The notes: a model not told the origin generated them from the letters alone. Shown: positions 28,080 to 37,944, numbered from the stretch's first letter. The stretch: DNA of 64,000 bases from Candidatus Poseidoniaceae archaeon (GCA_949373235.1 CASICQ010000007.1:1030-65029); one strand, 5' to 3'. Program-made: numbers and translations.

Positions 28080-28400
28080 ATGACCACCGGCTCGTGCCTC
28101 CAGCCAACGCTGGACGGGGGAGTCCTGATGATGATTGAAGTCCAACCCGGCGCACATCGCGACCGATTGCTCGGCGTCAACCAGTGGCGTTCAAGACTGG
28201 GCGTTGCCGTTCAGGCGCAAGCGCAAAAAGGACAAGCCAATCAAGCCGTAATCAGCTACCTGTGCGAAGTTCTCTCCCAACCAAAATCAAGCTGCAGCAT
28301 TGTGAACGGCCACACTTCAAGAAGCAAGACCGTTCGTTTTGAGAACATCGAACACGCAGAACTTCTGGGCACACTCACCCGCATGTTGGAGGAACAATGA
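28080..28400 (+). CDS. DUF167 (YggU/UPF0235) family protein
   Basis: Colinear with YggU-like proteins (…GAHRDRLLG…). Confidence 0.55.
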   Translation: MTTGSCLQPTLDGGVLMMIEVQPGAHRDRLLGVNQWRSRLGVAVQAQAQKGQANQAVISYLCEVLSQPKSSCSIVNGHTSRSKTVRFENIEHAELLGTLTRMLEEQ

Positions 28401-28885
28401 CTCGAGATACAAAGCATCGCTCGCCCCTTGGTTCAGGCGATGCAGCACTGCGTTTTCGTTCGGCCGGTGAAGCGTTAGCCGAAGCAAGAAGGCTCAATCG
28501 AATCGCGAATTGGCCGGTGTTGGTTGAGGGCAAACGAGACAAACTTGCGCTGTCTGTTCTTGGCTTTGCGGGGCCGATTGAAGTGCTCAATCGGGGCTGG
28601 CCCTTGGAGCGATTGGTTGCGTACCTCTACGAAACCTACGGACCAAGAAGTCCGGACGGGGGCCCTTCGATTTGCGTGTTGATGGATTGGGATCGCACGG
28701 GGGGGCGGCTGCAAAATGAATTACGGCGACGCCTAGAGGGCATGGATGTAAAAATCTCTGAAGCGTTACGAACGGTGCTGATGAAGGCGCTGAAGCCCGA
28801 AACGAGGGTCGTCGAATCCTTGAGAAGCATGGCTCATGAACTCGGCCCCTTCATCGATGAATACGACGCTGATCTCGAAGATTGA
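28397..28885 (+). CDS. small Toprim-domain protein (COG1658-like)
   Basis: VLVEGKRDKLAL and VLMDWDRTG (Toprim E and DxD motifs). ATGA overlap with the upstream DUF167 gene. Confidence 0.6.
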   Translation: MTRDTKHRSPLGSGDAALRFRSAGEALAEARRLNRIANWPVLVEGKRDKLALSVLGFAGPIEVLNRGWPLERLVAYLYETYGPRSPDGGPSICVLMDWDRTGGRLQNELRRRLEGMDVKISEALRTVLMKALKPETRVVESLRSMAHELGPFIDEYDADLED

Positions 28886-28888
28886 ACC

Positions 28889-29350
28889 TCAAGAATCATC
28901 GGCAACCAGACGGGGACGCCCTTCTTCCTTGACCGTATTGAGGACCACGTGGGTGTAAGAGCGGGCAACCCCCTCAAGAGTAAACACCGTTTTTGTCAAA
29001 TCGTCAAGATCCGCTCTGTCCTTTACCCGTGCCAGCACCATTGAATCCCAATCTCCAGTGACATCGTACACGGCGAAAACACGAGGGTCTGCCGCAATCT
29101 GAGTTTGAACGTCGATCATCCGCCCCTTCATGATTCGCAAACCAGCCATGATGGTCATCGACCAGCCGACTGCACTTGGATCAAGCATGACGCTGTACCC
29201 TTTGATGACACCCTTTTCTTCGAGGCGCCGCAAGCGGTTAAGAGCGGTCCCTTGAGCGATACCGACCTTCTTGGCCAACGCTCTTTGACTGATGCGAGCG
29301 TCTTCGAGCAAGACTTCGAGGATGGCTCGGTCGGTGTCATCGAGGTTCAT
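28889..29350 (-). CDS. lrp: Lrp/AsnC-family transcriptional regulator
   Basis: HTH (ISQRALAKKVGIAQGTALNRLRRLEE) plus a C-terminal RAM domain. Confidence 0.85.
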   Translation of the reverse strand: MNLDDTDRAILEVLLEDARISQRALAKKVGIAQGTALNRLRRLEEKGVIKGYSVMLDPSAVGWSMTIMAGLRIMKGRMIDVQTQIAADPRVFAVYDVTGDWDSMVLARVKDRADLDDLTKTVFTLEGVARSYTHVVLNTVKEEGRPRLVADDS

Positions 29351-30540
29351 GCGTCATCACCAACTGTTGCTTTATCGCCATCACCTTCAACGCTTCGGAG
29401 AGCCTCTTTCGGTGATGGAAGCCGGAGGTATTGAGTCCAAGAACCAAGTTCTTCGACTTCAACATTGAGCGAAACATGGCAGTCTCGTTCTTCGAGGTTC
29501 TTGAACCGGACCGAGAATTCATGATGCCGCCCGGCATCGATTTTGATCCGCTTGAAACCACCGCGTATCACCCATGGCTCGAAGCAGGCGCACCCGTTGA
29601 GGGACAAGGGCTGGGTGCCAGCAAGCAGACGGAATTGCAACACGGGCGGGTCGGCGGTGGACCACTGCGCATCGATTTTCGGCATGCCTTTTTCTCGCTT
29701 AAAGGAACCAAGCACAGCACCCGATGCAACCACCGCGCACAGAAGAAGAATGAAACCGGGAAGGAAGAAATTACCGGCTGAAACGCCGTCCCAACTGGTC
29801 GGGGCTGAAGTGTGATACAGCCCGAGCAAACGGTTGCCTTCGTCGCCTTCGAGGCTGCCAAAGAAAGCCAGCGTGATGTGCCACCCGTGAGGTTGTGCGT
29901 CAAAATCGATTCCGGCAGCCAGCAAGTGGCTCGAAGGGATGAGCCATGTGGTTTCAGTGGTGTTGTTTGCATCGTTGAAGAATCCTACTTCAGGCATCAT
30001 GTCGCGCACCAAATTTTGTGCGACGCGACCATGGTGGTCAACCGCCCTGTCTTCACTGATAAAAATGGAAAGCACCGTGGAGTTGTCAAGGTTGAACCTG
30101 GGTGTGAAGGTCACAGGCATGGACAATGCTACGCCCCCCGTGTCGTCCCGAACAAGGTGTATCTCGCCTTCAAGGTCGATTACAAAATCATCGTATTGCT
30201 GGTCAGCCGCCCCTGAACGCGTTGGCTGACCGTCGTAAACCGTAACGGATTCATTCGGCAAACCGAGTTGTCCAATCCGGGCTTTCGCGTCGTCATCGGG
30301 CCAATTGGAACCTGTTTCATCGCTCCATGGCCACCACGACAAATGCACACCGTCACCAGATGCATGAGGGGCTTCGCCGGTGCGATCGATGAACGATTCA
30401 ATCAGCATTTGAGAAGGGTGTTCCGGCGCAGGTATTGCCTTGGAAACGGTGTCCACTTGATGATCTTCAGCAAGGGCGAATGGAGCCAGACAGCTGCAGA
30501 AAAGCAACAACAACGTTGGGAACAAAATCAAGCGCTGCAT
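29347..30540 (-). CDS. secreted hypothetical protein (397 aa)
   Basis: Signal peptide MQRLILFPTLLLLFCSCLAPFALA. 4-nt overlap with lrp suggests co-transcription. Confidence 0.5.
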   Translation of the reverse strand: MQRLILFPTLLLLFCSCLAPFALAEDHQVDTVSKAIPAPEHPSQMLIESFIDRTGEAPHASGDGVHLSWWPWSDETGSNWPDDDAKARIGQLGLPNESVTVYDGQPTRSGAADQQYDDFVIDLEGEIHLVRDDTGGVALSMPVTFTPRFNLDNSTVLSIFISEDRAVDHHGRVAQNLVRDMMPEVGFFNDANNTTETTWLIPSSHLLAAGIDFDAQPHGWHITLAFFGSLEGDEGNRLLGLYHTSAPTSWDGVSAGNFFLPGFILLLCAVVASGAVLGSFKREKGMPKIDAQWSTADPPVLQFRLLAGTQPLSLNGCACFEPWVIRGGFKRIKIDAGRHHEFSVRFKNLEERDCHVSLNVEVEELGSWTQYLRLPSPKEALRSVEGDGDKATVGDDA

Positions 30541-30549
30541 ATCAAACCC

Positions 30550-32334
30550 TCATTCTTCCTCATCGGCCTCGGTTGGCATATCGAGTTTCATCCGCAGCAC
30601 ATCTCGGCCGACTCGATCGATCATCAACGTCAAACGCGCACCGACCCATCCTGACACCAGCGCAGGCCCACATGGCAAGTCGCAGGACATCAAAATTGGG
30701 CCCTCTTCCTCAAGCGGCCCAAACCGTTCCACATAGTCGTCCATCAGTGGAGACCATCCGCGCAGCATGCGTCGGAGCGTTTCGGGCGCAAGGCTGTGCC
30801 TCGGTGGGGCAATCAATGGACGCAGGGCGGGCACCGATTCCTGACGGGACCGCCAAATTTTCCGTTTCTGTGTGAATGCCGGCAGACCGACATGAATTAA
30901 TTTGAGTGGGTGGAAGGTTCCAGCAGGCCAGAGGTTCCCTTTTTTATTGGGGCATTGTTGACTGAAAATTCGTTCTTCAACCAGCTTCGGTGCGATGTTG
31001 AGCCGCTTTCCACGGTGCCACCACGACCAGTCGCTTTCCGTGATGCCGTAGCGCTGTTGAACCTCGTCGATGATGGGTTGAGGGGCTGGGAAAATGGAAT
31101 GCCGGTTCGGACCGGGCAGGTCAAGCACCATCGGCACCCAACCAGATTCTGGATTCTGGTAGCGCTTTGGAACGAACGTTCGTGCGAAATTCTCAGGGGT
31201 CGCTTCTGGCTTATGGCGCAGTCGGGCGACGAAAAATCCACCTGTGTCGTTGTCATGGTGGTACAAGCGAACGCAATGCGAAAGGCTTGCTTCAATCGTG
31301 GATTCGAGCGGTTCATCGACTTCAACTTCGAGTGCCTCTGCCATTGCTTTGCGTTGGTCGGGGGAGAAGTGAGAGGCATGGATGGACGGGGCTTTAAGTG
31401 CTGCTTGGCCGACATAAGGTTCACCCTCTTCATCCAAAATATCCCATGAACGAAGCCCTTCATGCAACTTCAAACCTTGGAGGTTCGAACGATCGATTGG
31501 AACGAGCTCGAGCCAAGGGGAACGCCTCAACAATTCCGCTACAACGGCTTCGTTCTCACAAGGGTCCATGCTGCATGTCGAGTAAATTAGGTCGTGACCT
31601 GGCCGCAACAAGTTGGCGCCTCGCCATGCAATCTCTACCTGCAATCTGAACAAACCTCGACCGGCTCTGGGCGTCCATTTCCACCAGACGTTGCGGTTTT
31701 TCCTTGATGTTGCCGAACCCGTGCAGGGAACATCAGCAACGATACCATCGTATCCAGGAGGGGGGATTCTTCCAAGATGCCTGCCGTCCTGTTGGTTGAT
31801 CAGCATGTTTGAGATGGCCAATCGGCCGCGGTTTGAAACCAACATGTTGACCCTGCCGGATGCCGGCTCGTTCGCCACAACAACTCCTTCCGGGTGAATG
31901 GCTTCTGCGATTTGAGTGGCTTTTGAACCCGGTGCGGCGCACATGTCAAGGATCAGTTCACCAGAGGTGGGTTGGAGCACAACAACTGGCAGCATGCTCG
32001 CTGCTTCTTGACGGGTGATGCGCCCAGATTCGTGCATCAAGGCCATGATGTGTTTGGCCCGTGCATCAGGGGCCTGACCTCGAGCGAAGGGCATCTGCCA
32101 AGCAAAGCCATCTTGGGCCCAAGCCAATGGTTTGCCGCCGATGGAGGACAAGATCGATTCCGTCCATTCACGGTCATACCTGTTCGGGGTGATTCGGAAG
32201 GTTTCCGGAAGCGATTCGGTCGCTGAAGACAACCATGCGTCAAGGTTCAGCCCAAGGTTCGCGGCGAGTTTGGCCAATGGCGTGTCCCTTGCCACGGCGA
32301 GCAGGTCTTGGTCTTGCCATTCGCCCCCCCCCAT
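30550..32334 (-). CDS. NOL1/NOP2/Sun-family RNA (cytosine-C5)-methyltransferase with a long C-terminal extension
   Basis: DMCAAPGSKATQ SAM motif; catalytic TCS Cys motifs; about 594 aa. Confidence 0.75.
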   Translation of the reverse strand: MGGGEWQDQDLLAVARDTPLAKLAANLGLNLDAWLSSATESLPETFRITPNRYDREWTESILSSIGGKPLAWAQDGFAWQMPFARGQAPDARAKHIMALMHESGRITRQEAASMLPVVVLQPTSGELILDMCAAPGSKATQIAEAIHPEGVVVANEPASGRVNMLVSNRGRLAISNMLINQQDGRHLGRIPPPGYDGIVADVPCTGSATSRKNRNVWWKWTPRAGRGLFRLQVEIAWRGANLLRPGHDLIYSTCSMDPCENEAVVAELLRRSPWLELVPIDRSNLQGLKLHEGLRSWDILDEEGEPYVGQAALKAPSIHASHFSPDQRKAMAEALEVEVDEPLESTIEASLSHCVRLYHHDNDTGGFFVARLRHKPEATPENFARTFVPKRYQNPESGWVPMVLDLPGPNRHSIFPAPQPIIDEVQQRYGITESDWSWWHRGKRLNIAPKLVEERIFSQQCPNKKGNLWPAGTFHPLKLIHVGLPAFTQKRKIWRSRQESVPALRPLIAPPRHSLAPETLRRMLRGWSPLMDDYVERFGPLEEEGPILMSCDLPCGPALVSGWVGARLTLMIDRVGRDVLRMKLDMPTEADEEE

Positions 32335-32393
32335 GCCTCTCGGTTCGGCCGCCTCGCTATTTTGCTTCCGCCATGCTCAAGGGGTGAGTCCTT

Positions 32394-33779
32394 GTGGTCG
32401 AAATCATGTTGGGGGACACCTTGCCGTGGTTTTTCCCTGTGTTAGCCCTCGTGTTGTGCCTGTGGTTGATGATCGGATCGATTGAAAAGAAAAACCCTGG
32501 CGATGCTGACGCAGGTTCAGGCTTCCTACCGTTGCTTGTCCATTGGATCCCCCCGGTGATGTTCGCGTGGTTGTTTCTTCATCGCTTTATTGCGATTATG
32601 ACCTCAGATTCCTCGCACATGGAGGTGCTCCAATTTCTACCAGACGGGGCATCTGTGGCCAATCGGATGACCCTGTTATTTGCCGGACAAGGCGGACTTG
32701 AATTCGCAGCCTTGAGCGCTGCGGTGTTTGCGGTATGTTCCCATCGGCTCCCGAGCGTGATCGCCATGGGAGCGCAAGCTGCAACGGCTGTGCGCCAGCG
32801 AATGATGATGTATTGCGCGCTGTGTTTGCTGCTCAGCGCAGGCGTTTTTTTCCCGGAACAAGCCTACACTGCATCGAATCCTTTGCCGATGGACATCGTC
32901 GGGAAGATCCCCCCTCTCTCAGCCGCCCTCTTGCCGGTGCTCTTTGCCCTGATGGTGATGTTTGGTGGAGAATTATTTGCTGCCTCAAGCGTCTATAACA
33001 TCGATGCAGATTTTTCTATTTTGGCCAAAAAAGCAACCGTCAAGTGCGTGGTGCTGACCTGTCTTTGCCTTGCTTGGCTGTCAACTGAACCACTGATTTG
33101 GTCTGATTGGAAGAGCGATCCCGCAACGCCAACCCACCTCGTAGCGTTGCTCATGATGGTTCATGCCACCGTCGTTTTAGCCGCTGTATTGCAGCCATCG
33201 AGGCGCATTGAAACGCGTCTGGTTCATGGCGAAGCGAGAAGCGTTGCGCTCTTAGTGAATGTAGGCGTAATCGCTGTTCTCATGCTGCTGTCCACCGCTT
33301 TGTTGTTGCGAAAAGAGTCGACGTTTAGCGCTGGAGGGGGCGCGACCCTCTATGCGCTGTGGCTGTGCACGGCGGTGCTTGGTGCAATGCTGTTGGTTCA
33401 ATTCATGCCGACGCTTGGATTTGATGCAGCGCCCAGGCCAGAAACATGGTGGCTTCGAGCAATGGGGCTCGTCGTCCCGATGATTGTGATGGCCATAACG
33501 CCTCTAGGGGTTTATCTTATTCCGGCAGTTTGGCTTGCTTTGGCATGGAGCATCGTTGTGCCTTGGATGATCGAGTCGGATGTCCAATCGCCGTCAATGG
33601 GCTTCGTGGTGCTTCCGTTGGTCGCGGCGACATGCGCCGCCCTAGCGCTACCAATGCTTGCCAGTCATGCCTTCCTTGCCGGTTTGTTGGCCAGCCTTCC
33701 CGCGTTGCTGGTCGCTGTGTTGGGTATGTTGGTGCACAAACCATCAGCCACACCAAACCCCTCCGAAAACCGGCCTTGA
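32394..33779 (+). CDS. polytopic integral membrane protein (12 or more TM), function unknown
   Basis: Hydropathy only. Confidence 0.5.
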   Translation: MVEIMLGDTLPWFFPVLALVLCLWLMIGSIEKKNPGDADAGSGFLPLLVHWIPPVMFAWLFLHRFIAIMTSDSSHMEVLQFLPDGASVANRMTLLFAGQGGLEFAALSAAVFAVCSHRLPSVIAMGAQAATAVRQRMMMYCALCLLLSAGVFFPEQAYTASNPLPMDIVGKIPPLSAALLPVLFALMVMFGGELFAASSVYNIDADFSILAKKATVKCVVLTCLCLAWLSTEPLIWSDWKSDPATPTHLVALLMMVHATVVLAAVLQPSRRIETRLVHGEARSVALLVNVGVIAVLMLLSTALLLRKESTFSAGGGATLYALWLCTAVLGAMLLVQFMPTLGFDAAPRPETWWLRAMGLVVPMIVMAITPLGVYLIPAVWLALAWSIVVPWMIESDVQSPSMGFVVLPLVAATCAALALPMLASHAFLAGLLASLPALLVAVLGMLVHKPSATPNPSENRP

Positions 33780-33852
33780 GAGGGCCATCATCGTCGCGCT
33801 TCTTATAGCCAATTCAGGAAGCCTCGCAACTGGAATCTCCGGATTTCATGGG

Positions 33853-34221
33853 ATGGGACCCTACATGGCACGAGCATTTAGAGAAGGCGTAGAGCAGAAC
33901 AAGCGAATCAAAACGAACGTCCGACGGCGCAGTTGGAGCCCTTTGAGGGACTTGCGCGGACTGAAGACAAGAACCGAGCGCATCGGTGAAGCGATGGGTC
34001 CACTGGTCGAAATACCGGCTATGGTTCGAATTGAAAACGAACATTGGGTTTTCGAGCGCATCGAAGAAGGCGTGCTCTACAACCTCACACACAAACTCAT
34101 ATTGCACGAAGAAGAAGGTGAGAAAATCATTGGTGCTACAACCGATATGGAAACAGCAATGAAGGTTGCCAAGTGCATGGCCATCAAGGAACAACGAATC
34201 ATTATGATTCAACCGCTGTGA
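33853..34221 (+). CDS. hypothetical small protein
   Basis: The plus-strand product looks protein-like; the antisense ORF 33814-34383 does not. Weak call. Confidence 0.3.
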   Translation: MGPYMARAFREGVEQNKRIKTNVRRRSWSPLRDLRGLKTRTERIGEAMGPLVEIPAMVRIENEHWVFERIEEGVLYNLTHKLILHEEEGEKIIGATTDMETAMKVAKCMAIKEQRIIMIQPL

Positions 34222-34243
34222 CCCTTTTAGGCCACACGATTTC

Positions 34244-34534
34244 TTGGTGTTCCAAAAACACAGCGTCATATACCCCCTTTTCCTTCTTATTCTCATGGAC
34301 GGAACACTGTCAGAAACGAAGAAGGGAATTACAGCCACAAACATCGCAGGGTACACACTCGGCTTACTGGGGCTTTTCACCATAGTAGGAACATCATCAA
34401 TCGCCGCAATCTTACCGTTGCTCTTTGCACCGGTCGTTTGCGCGGTTTTCGGTTTGCTCCTCTACCGATCGCAACCAAACAACGTGCAAACAGCAATCGC
34501 AGTTGGAGTCACGGCCACATCAACCCAAAACTGA
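34244..34534 (+). CDS. hypothetical small 2-TM membrane protein
   Basis: Hydrophobic helices. Weak call. Confidence 0.3.
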   Translation: MVFQKHSVIYPLFLLILMDGTLSETKKGITATNIAGYTLGLLGLFTIVGTSSIAAILPLLFAPVVCAVFGLLLYRSQPNNVQTAIAVGVTATSTQN

Positions 34535-34720
34535 ATGTGAAATTGCGCTCTGTGTGATACCCGCACGCTGCATTGAAACAAAGCCCAGGAATGGGGTTCG
34601 AGACAAGAACCCAGTGCCCTTGGTGATTCATCGGAAGCACAAACGCTACGGGATGATTTTAAAATCAGATCAAAGGGTTTCTGGACCACCAGAGGCAATG
34701 GTGGGCAACTGCCTGAGTTC

Positions 34721-34748
34721 ACCGTAAAAATCAAACTAAATCTTTCAG
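34721..34748 (-). terminator. T-rich tract (TTTAGTTTGATTTTTAC on minus) downstream of the Sec61beta gene
   Basis: Oligo-T stretches of this kind act as archaeal terminators. Position about 70 nt past the stop. Confidence 0.2.
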
Positions 34749-34814
34749 TTGAACCGATTTTCATCCACAGCACGCCTTGAAGGGCGGTATGCTGTGTTTT
34801 GCCCGTATATGGCC

Positions 34815-35006
34815 TCAGAAGAGGTCCAAGATAGCGCCGACAACGCCCTGGTTAACGAGGTAGAAAAACGCACCAAGTGCGATGCATGCGAAGTAGACTT
34901 GGCCGGGGGTAATCTTCCAAGCGTCTTCAGACTCCTCATCGAAGTAGCGAATAAGACCTGCAGCCTGCTGAATTCCGCTGCCATCGGATTTCTTCTTAGA
35001 AGCCAT
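34815..35006 (-). CDS. secG: preprotein translocase subunit Sec61beta (archaeal SecG)
   Basis: AAGLIRYFDEE signature plus a C-terminal TM helix. Confidence 0.75.
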   Translation of the reverse strand: MASKKKSDGSGIQQAAGLIRYFDEESEDAWKITPGQVYFACIALGAFFYLVNQGVVGAILDLF

Positions 35007-35072
35007 GTGAATCAATCTCTGCGAGATGCCTCCCCTTTATCAACGCGACGCGGCCAAGGCAAGCGCCCAAAA

Positions 35073-35975
35073 TCACTCTTCTTCTTCATCTAGGGACGTA
35101 AGATCCACAATTTCGAGGTGGGCATGGTCAGAAAATTGGGAAGATGACTCGGTTCTGAGAAGCATGCCATCAGGAGCTGCAGCGGCGTAATCTGAACTCA
35201 ACAATCCGGTTCCCGGATCTGCTTCAATCAAGGCCGCCTCGATGCGAGCAAGAGCTCGCTCCAACCCCGGTGCGTTCTCGTCGGCCAGAGCATTGCGGGC
35301 GATATCGAGATCGAATTGGGCTGCTGCAAAAGACACTTGGGCTTTCTCTAGGATCCACTCTGGGCCTTCCTCCTGCATTTTCATCCTCTTCTCAACCTCG
35401 GTTGATCGTTGCTCAAGCACTTCGATTGAGGCTTCAAACGTGGCCTGAGCCGCCTCCATGCCTTCCCGCCAAACACCTTCATTGGTCTTTAGGGTTACAG
35501 AGGAGTGGTGCTTAGCAAGCCATTTACCAGCGGCTTTTTGATGCCTAAACTCCCAGGGGTTTCTGCCAATTGATGCTTTCAAATCAAACATCAGCCGCAT
35601 GCGTTGCTCGAATGGGCCGGTGATTTCGATTGCATTGAGGTACCCCGAATTGAACAAACCGAAGCCCCAGTAGGCATCGGATTCGATTCGAACGCTAAGC
35701 ACGCCGCTTTGCGTTTCGAAAACCCAGCGTTGCTCGTTGAATTTAGGAGGCTGAGAAAAATGAGGGGTGTCAGGTTGAGATAGGTTCGCTAAGAGAGCGG
35801 TTGCAACGTCACCAAGGTAAACCAAATTGCTCGGTAACGTGAAGCCTTTTGGCCGCAAGAGGTTGCTGTCAAGCTCAACCTTGTGGTTTGCATTGGCTCG
35901 ATGAACTTGGGCAAAAATCCGACTCACTCCCGGCGCCAAACTCCCCCCTGCCATGACCCTCGGTTGTGGCTCCAA
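35073..35975 (-). CDS. hypothetical protein with an acidic C-terminal tail
   Basis: ORF of 300 aa. No family recognised. Confidence 0.45.
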   Translation of the reverse strand: MEPQPRVMAGGSLAPGVSRIFAQVHRANANHKVELDSNLLRPKGFTLPSNLVYLGDVATALLANLSQPDTPHFSQPPKFNEQRWVFETQSGVLSVRIESDAYWGFGLFNSGYLNAIEITGPFEQRMRLMFDLKASIGRNPWEFRHQKAAGKWLAKHHSSVTLKTNEGVWREGMEAAQATFEASIEVLEQRSTEVEKRMKMQEEGPEWILEKAQVSFAAAQFDLDIARNALADENAPGLERALARIEAALIEADPGTGLLSSDYAAAAPDGMLLRTESSSQFSDHAHLEIVDLTSLDEEEE

Positions 35976-36057
35976 TGCATCAATGCGACCCCTTTATGAT
36001 TTCTCAGAGGCGGAAGTATTGAAGGGCGCCACCTCGCATGGCGATGCAAGTGAGACA

Positions 36058-36609
36058 ATGACTGCCAAGAAGGGTTCCTCCAAGATTGAAGCATTAACTG
36101 CATTGCCTGGTGTTGGCGCTGCGACCGCAAAGAAACTCATCGAAGCAAAAATGGACAGCGTTTCGAAGATCGCTGGTGCAGGTTCAAAGAAACTTCAAGA
36201 CGCTGGACTAAGCGCTGTTGTTGCCAAAAAGGTAAGCGCCGCTGCCAAGGCTGCTGAAAAGGCAAAAACTGCAACCAAAGCCACGGCTTCCAAGGCCAAA
36301 AAAGCCACCAAAGCAACCGCTTCGAAGGCCAAATCCGCTACCAAAACAACCGCTACTAAAGCAAAATCCGCCTCCAAGAAAGTTGCTGCAAAGGCCAGCA
36401 AATCGACTAAAGCAGCGGCATCGAAGGCCTCGTCTGCGACACAAAAGGTTGCTTCAAAGGCCAAAAGTAAGGCAAAAGCCGCAGCAGCCAAAGGAAAGGA
36501 CGCTGTCAGCAAAACTGTTCCTGCAAAGAAATCCAAGGATGGCCGCAAAGGATCCACGCTCAGCGTTCCCCGTAGCGTTCAAGATATGCCTTGGTTTAAG
36601 AAAAAGTGA
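36058..36609 (+). CDS. HhH-motif + Lys/Ala/Thr-repeat histone-H1-like DNA-binding protein
   Basis: LTALPGVGAATAKKLIEA helix-hairpin-helix, followed by about 120 aa of (A/T/S)K(A)KKATKATASKAK repeats. Could alternatively start at 35953. Confidence 0.6.
   Translation: MTAKKGSSKIEALTALPGVGAATAKKLIEAKMDSVSKIAGAGSKKLQDAGLSAVVAKKVSAAAKAAEKAKTATKATASKAKKATKATASKAKSATKTTATKAKSASKKVAAKASKSTKAAASKASSATQKVASKAKSKAKAAAAKGKDAVSKTVPAKKSKDGRKGSTLSVPRSVQDMPWFKKK
36240..36480. repeat. approximately 30-nt tandem coding repeats (AKKATKATASKAKSATKT units)
   Basis: Repeated gccaccaaagcaaccgcttcgaaggccaaa-like units inside the CDS. Confidence 0.5.
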
Positions 36610-36849
36610 CGCCGATGATTGCGTTTAAGCGCTATTATTGAAAACCGTCATTGACCACAATCATTCATGCCAAGGAGGAAGTACGGCCGTTTACGGAAAG
36701 CGGTTGAACTTCCCTCGAAGGAAAATTGTTCGCGGTGCCGGTCGGGTAAATTCTGTCCACTTGACGGTCATTCGGGCCAAGATGTGGTTCCAAAGCGTGC
36801 ATGGGCTGGCCCTGCTGCTGTTGCAAAGCGCAAAGCAAAGCGAAAATAA

Positions 36850-37944
36850 TCACTCGACGCCGTATGCGCTTGTAGAGGGCGTGTTTTCTTCCACAGCTTG
36901 GATGCCTTCGGTTGCTTCTGCAGCGGCCTCGATGGTCTCTCTGGTCGCTTGAGCTCGATGGTATACTTCACGCAGTGTTTGATCTGATATTTCGAGGTAG
37001 ACGCGAGTTGTGGCGATGCTGGAATGGCCGAGGAGCCGCTGAATGGTGACCAAATCGGCACCGCGTTCCAAAAGTCCGGTTGCGAAATTATGCCGTAGCA
37101 CGTGCGGTGTCAACTTTCCTTTGGGCAAGGAAGCCTCGGCTGCAAGCCTGTCCATCAGCCGCTGCACGCCCCGTGGTTGAAGTCGGCGTCCAGCAGAATT
37201 CAACAGGAATGCAAAATCTTCGCCTTTTCTGCGCGCTTCTCGAACCGGAATCCAAGCATGTATGCGTTCGAGCGTTCGGCGAGTGAACAGCACAAGTCGA
37301 TCCTTGTCCCCTTTCCCTCCAAAGACCCGCGCAGAGCCATCTTCAAGATCGATGTCATTGATGTCAAGGTTGCACACCTCGCTGACGCGCAAGCCCGTGT
37401 CAAGCATCATGGTCACAACAATTGAAGCAACGGGATTTTCACTGTTGGCTGACGCTTCGAGCACCATCGACATTTCTCGACGGGTAAGCGTTCGCGGCAG
37501 GCGCCGCCCGGTGCGCGCACGGGCCAAATGATCAGGCCAGCGGTGGCCAAGCCACTTCAGCAGGTGCCTTGCAGCAGCCAACCGTGCGTTGTAGGTGGTC
37601 GGTCTGAGTTCCGAAAGGGAATGCGTCCAACGATCCAGACGGCCGTTGAGTGGCTCCATCCGTTCGGCTAGCTCTTCGATGCTCATGGATTGGTACGCGC
37701 TTTCATCGAGAACCAACTCTCCTGGCAACGTCGTTTCCACCAAAGCCCTCAAACCGCTGGCATAGGACTTCTGGGTGTTTTCGGATTTGTTTTCGGAGCG
37801 CAAGGCTTGGCGATAACTGGTCACCCATGGAAGATCGGCCATGTGAACAAGACGAGGAGGAAGTTCAACTGTCGACGCGTCAAGCCTTCGTTGGCTTGGT
37901 TTCAGCGCCTTGCGTTGCCGCTCGTTTGTTCTCCGCTTTTCCAT
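36850..37944 (-). CDS. xerA: tyrosine recombinase, XerC/XerD/XerA-like
   Basis: R..HxxR..Y catalytic signature (HVLRHNFATGLLERGADLVTIQRLLGHSSIATTRVY). Confidence 0.8.
   Translation of the reverse strand: MEKRRTNERQRKALKPSQRRLDASTVELPPRLVHMADLPWVTSYRQALRSENKSENTQKSYASGLRALVETTLPGELVLDESAYQSMSIEELAERMEPLNGRLDRWTHSLSELRPTTYNARLAAARHLLKWLGHRWPDHLARARTGRRLPRTLTRREMSMVLEASANSENPVASIVVTMMLDTGLRVSEVCNLDINDIDLEDGSARVFGGKGDKDRLVLFTRRTLERIHAWIPVREARRKGEDFAFLLNSAGRRLQPRGVQRLMDRLAAEASLPKGKLTPHVLRHNFATGLLERGADLVTIQRLLGHSSIATTRVYLEISDQTLREVYHRAQATRETIEAAAEATEGIQAVEENTPSTSAYGVE

Noticed and set aside
33814-34383. 189-aa minus-strand ORF as the real gene in this interval
   Set aside because: The product is Phe/Cys/Ser-rich with no hydropathy logic, while the plus-strand alternatives look protein-like. 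Retained only as an uncertainty (see the finding at 33780-34820).
36195-36557. Minus-strand ORFs (120 aa, 78 aa) opposite the Lys/Ala-repeat gene
   Set aside because: They are the antisense image of the AAG/GCC repeats (Phe/Ala/Leu-rich), with no start context. The plus-strand HhH + KA-repeat protein is the coherent reading.
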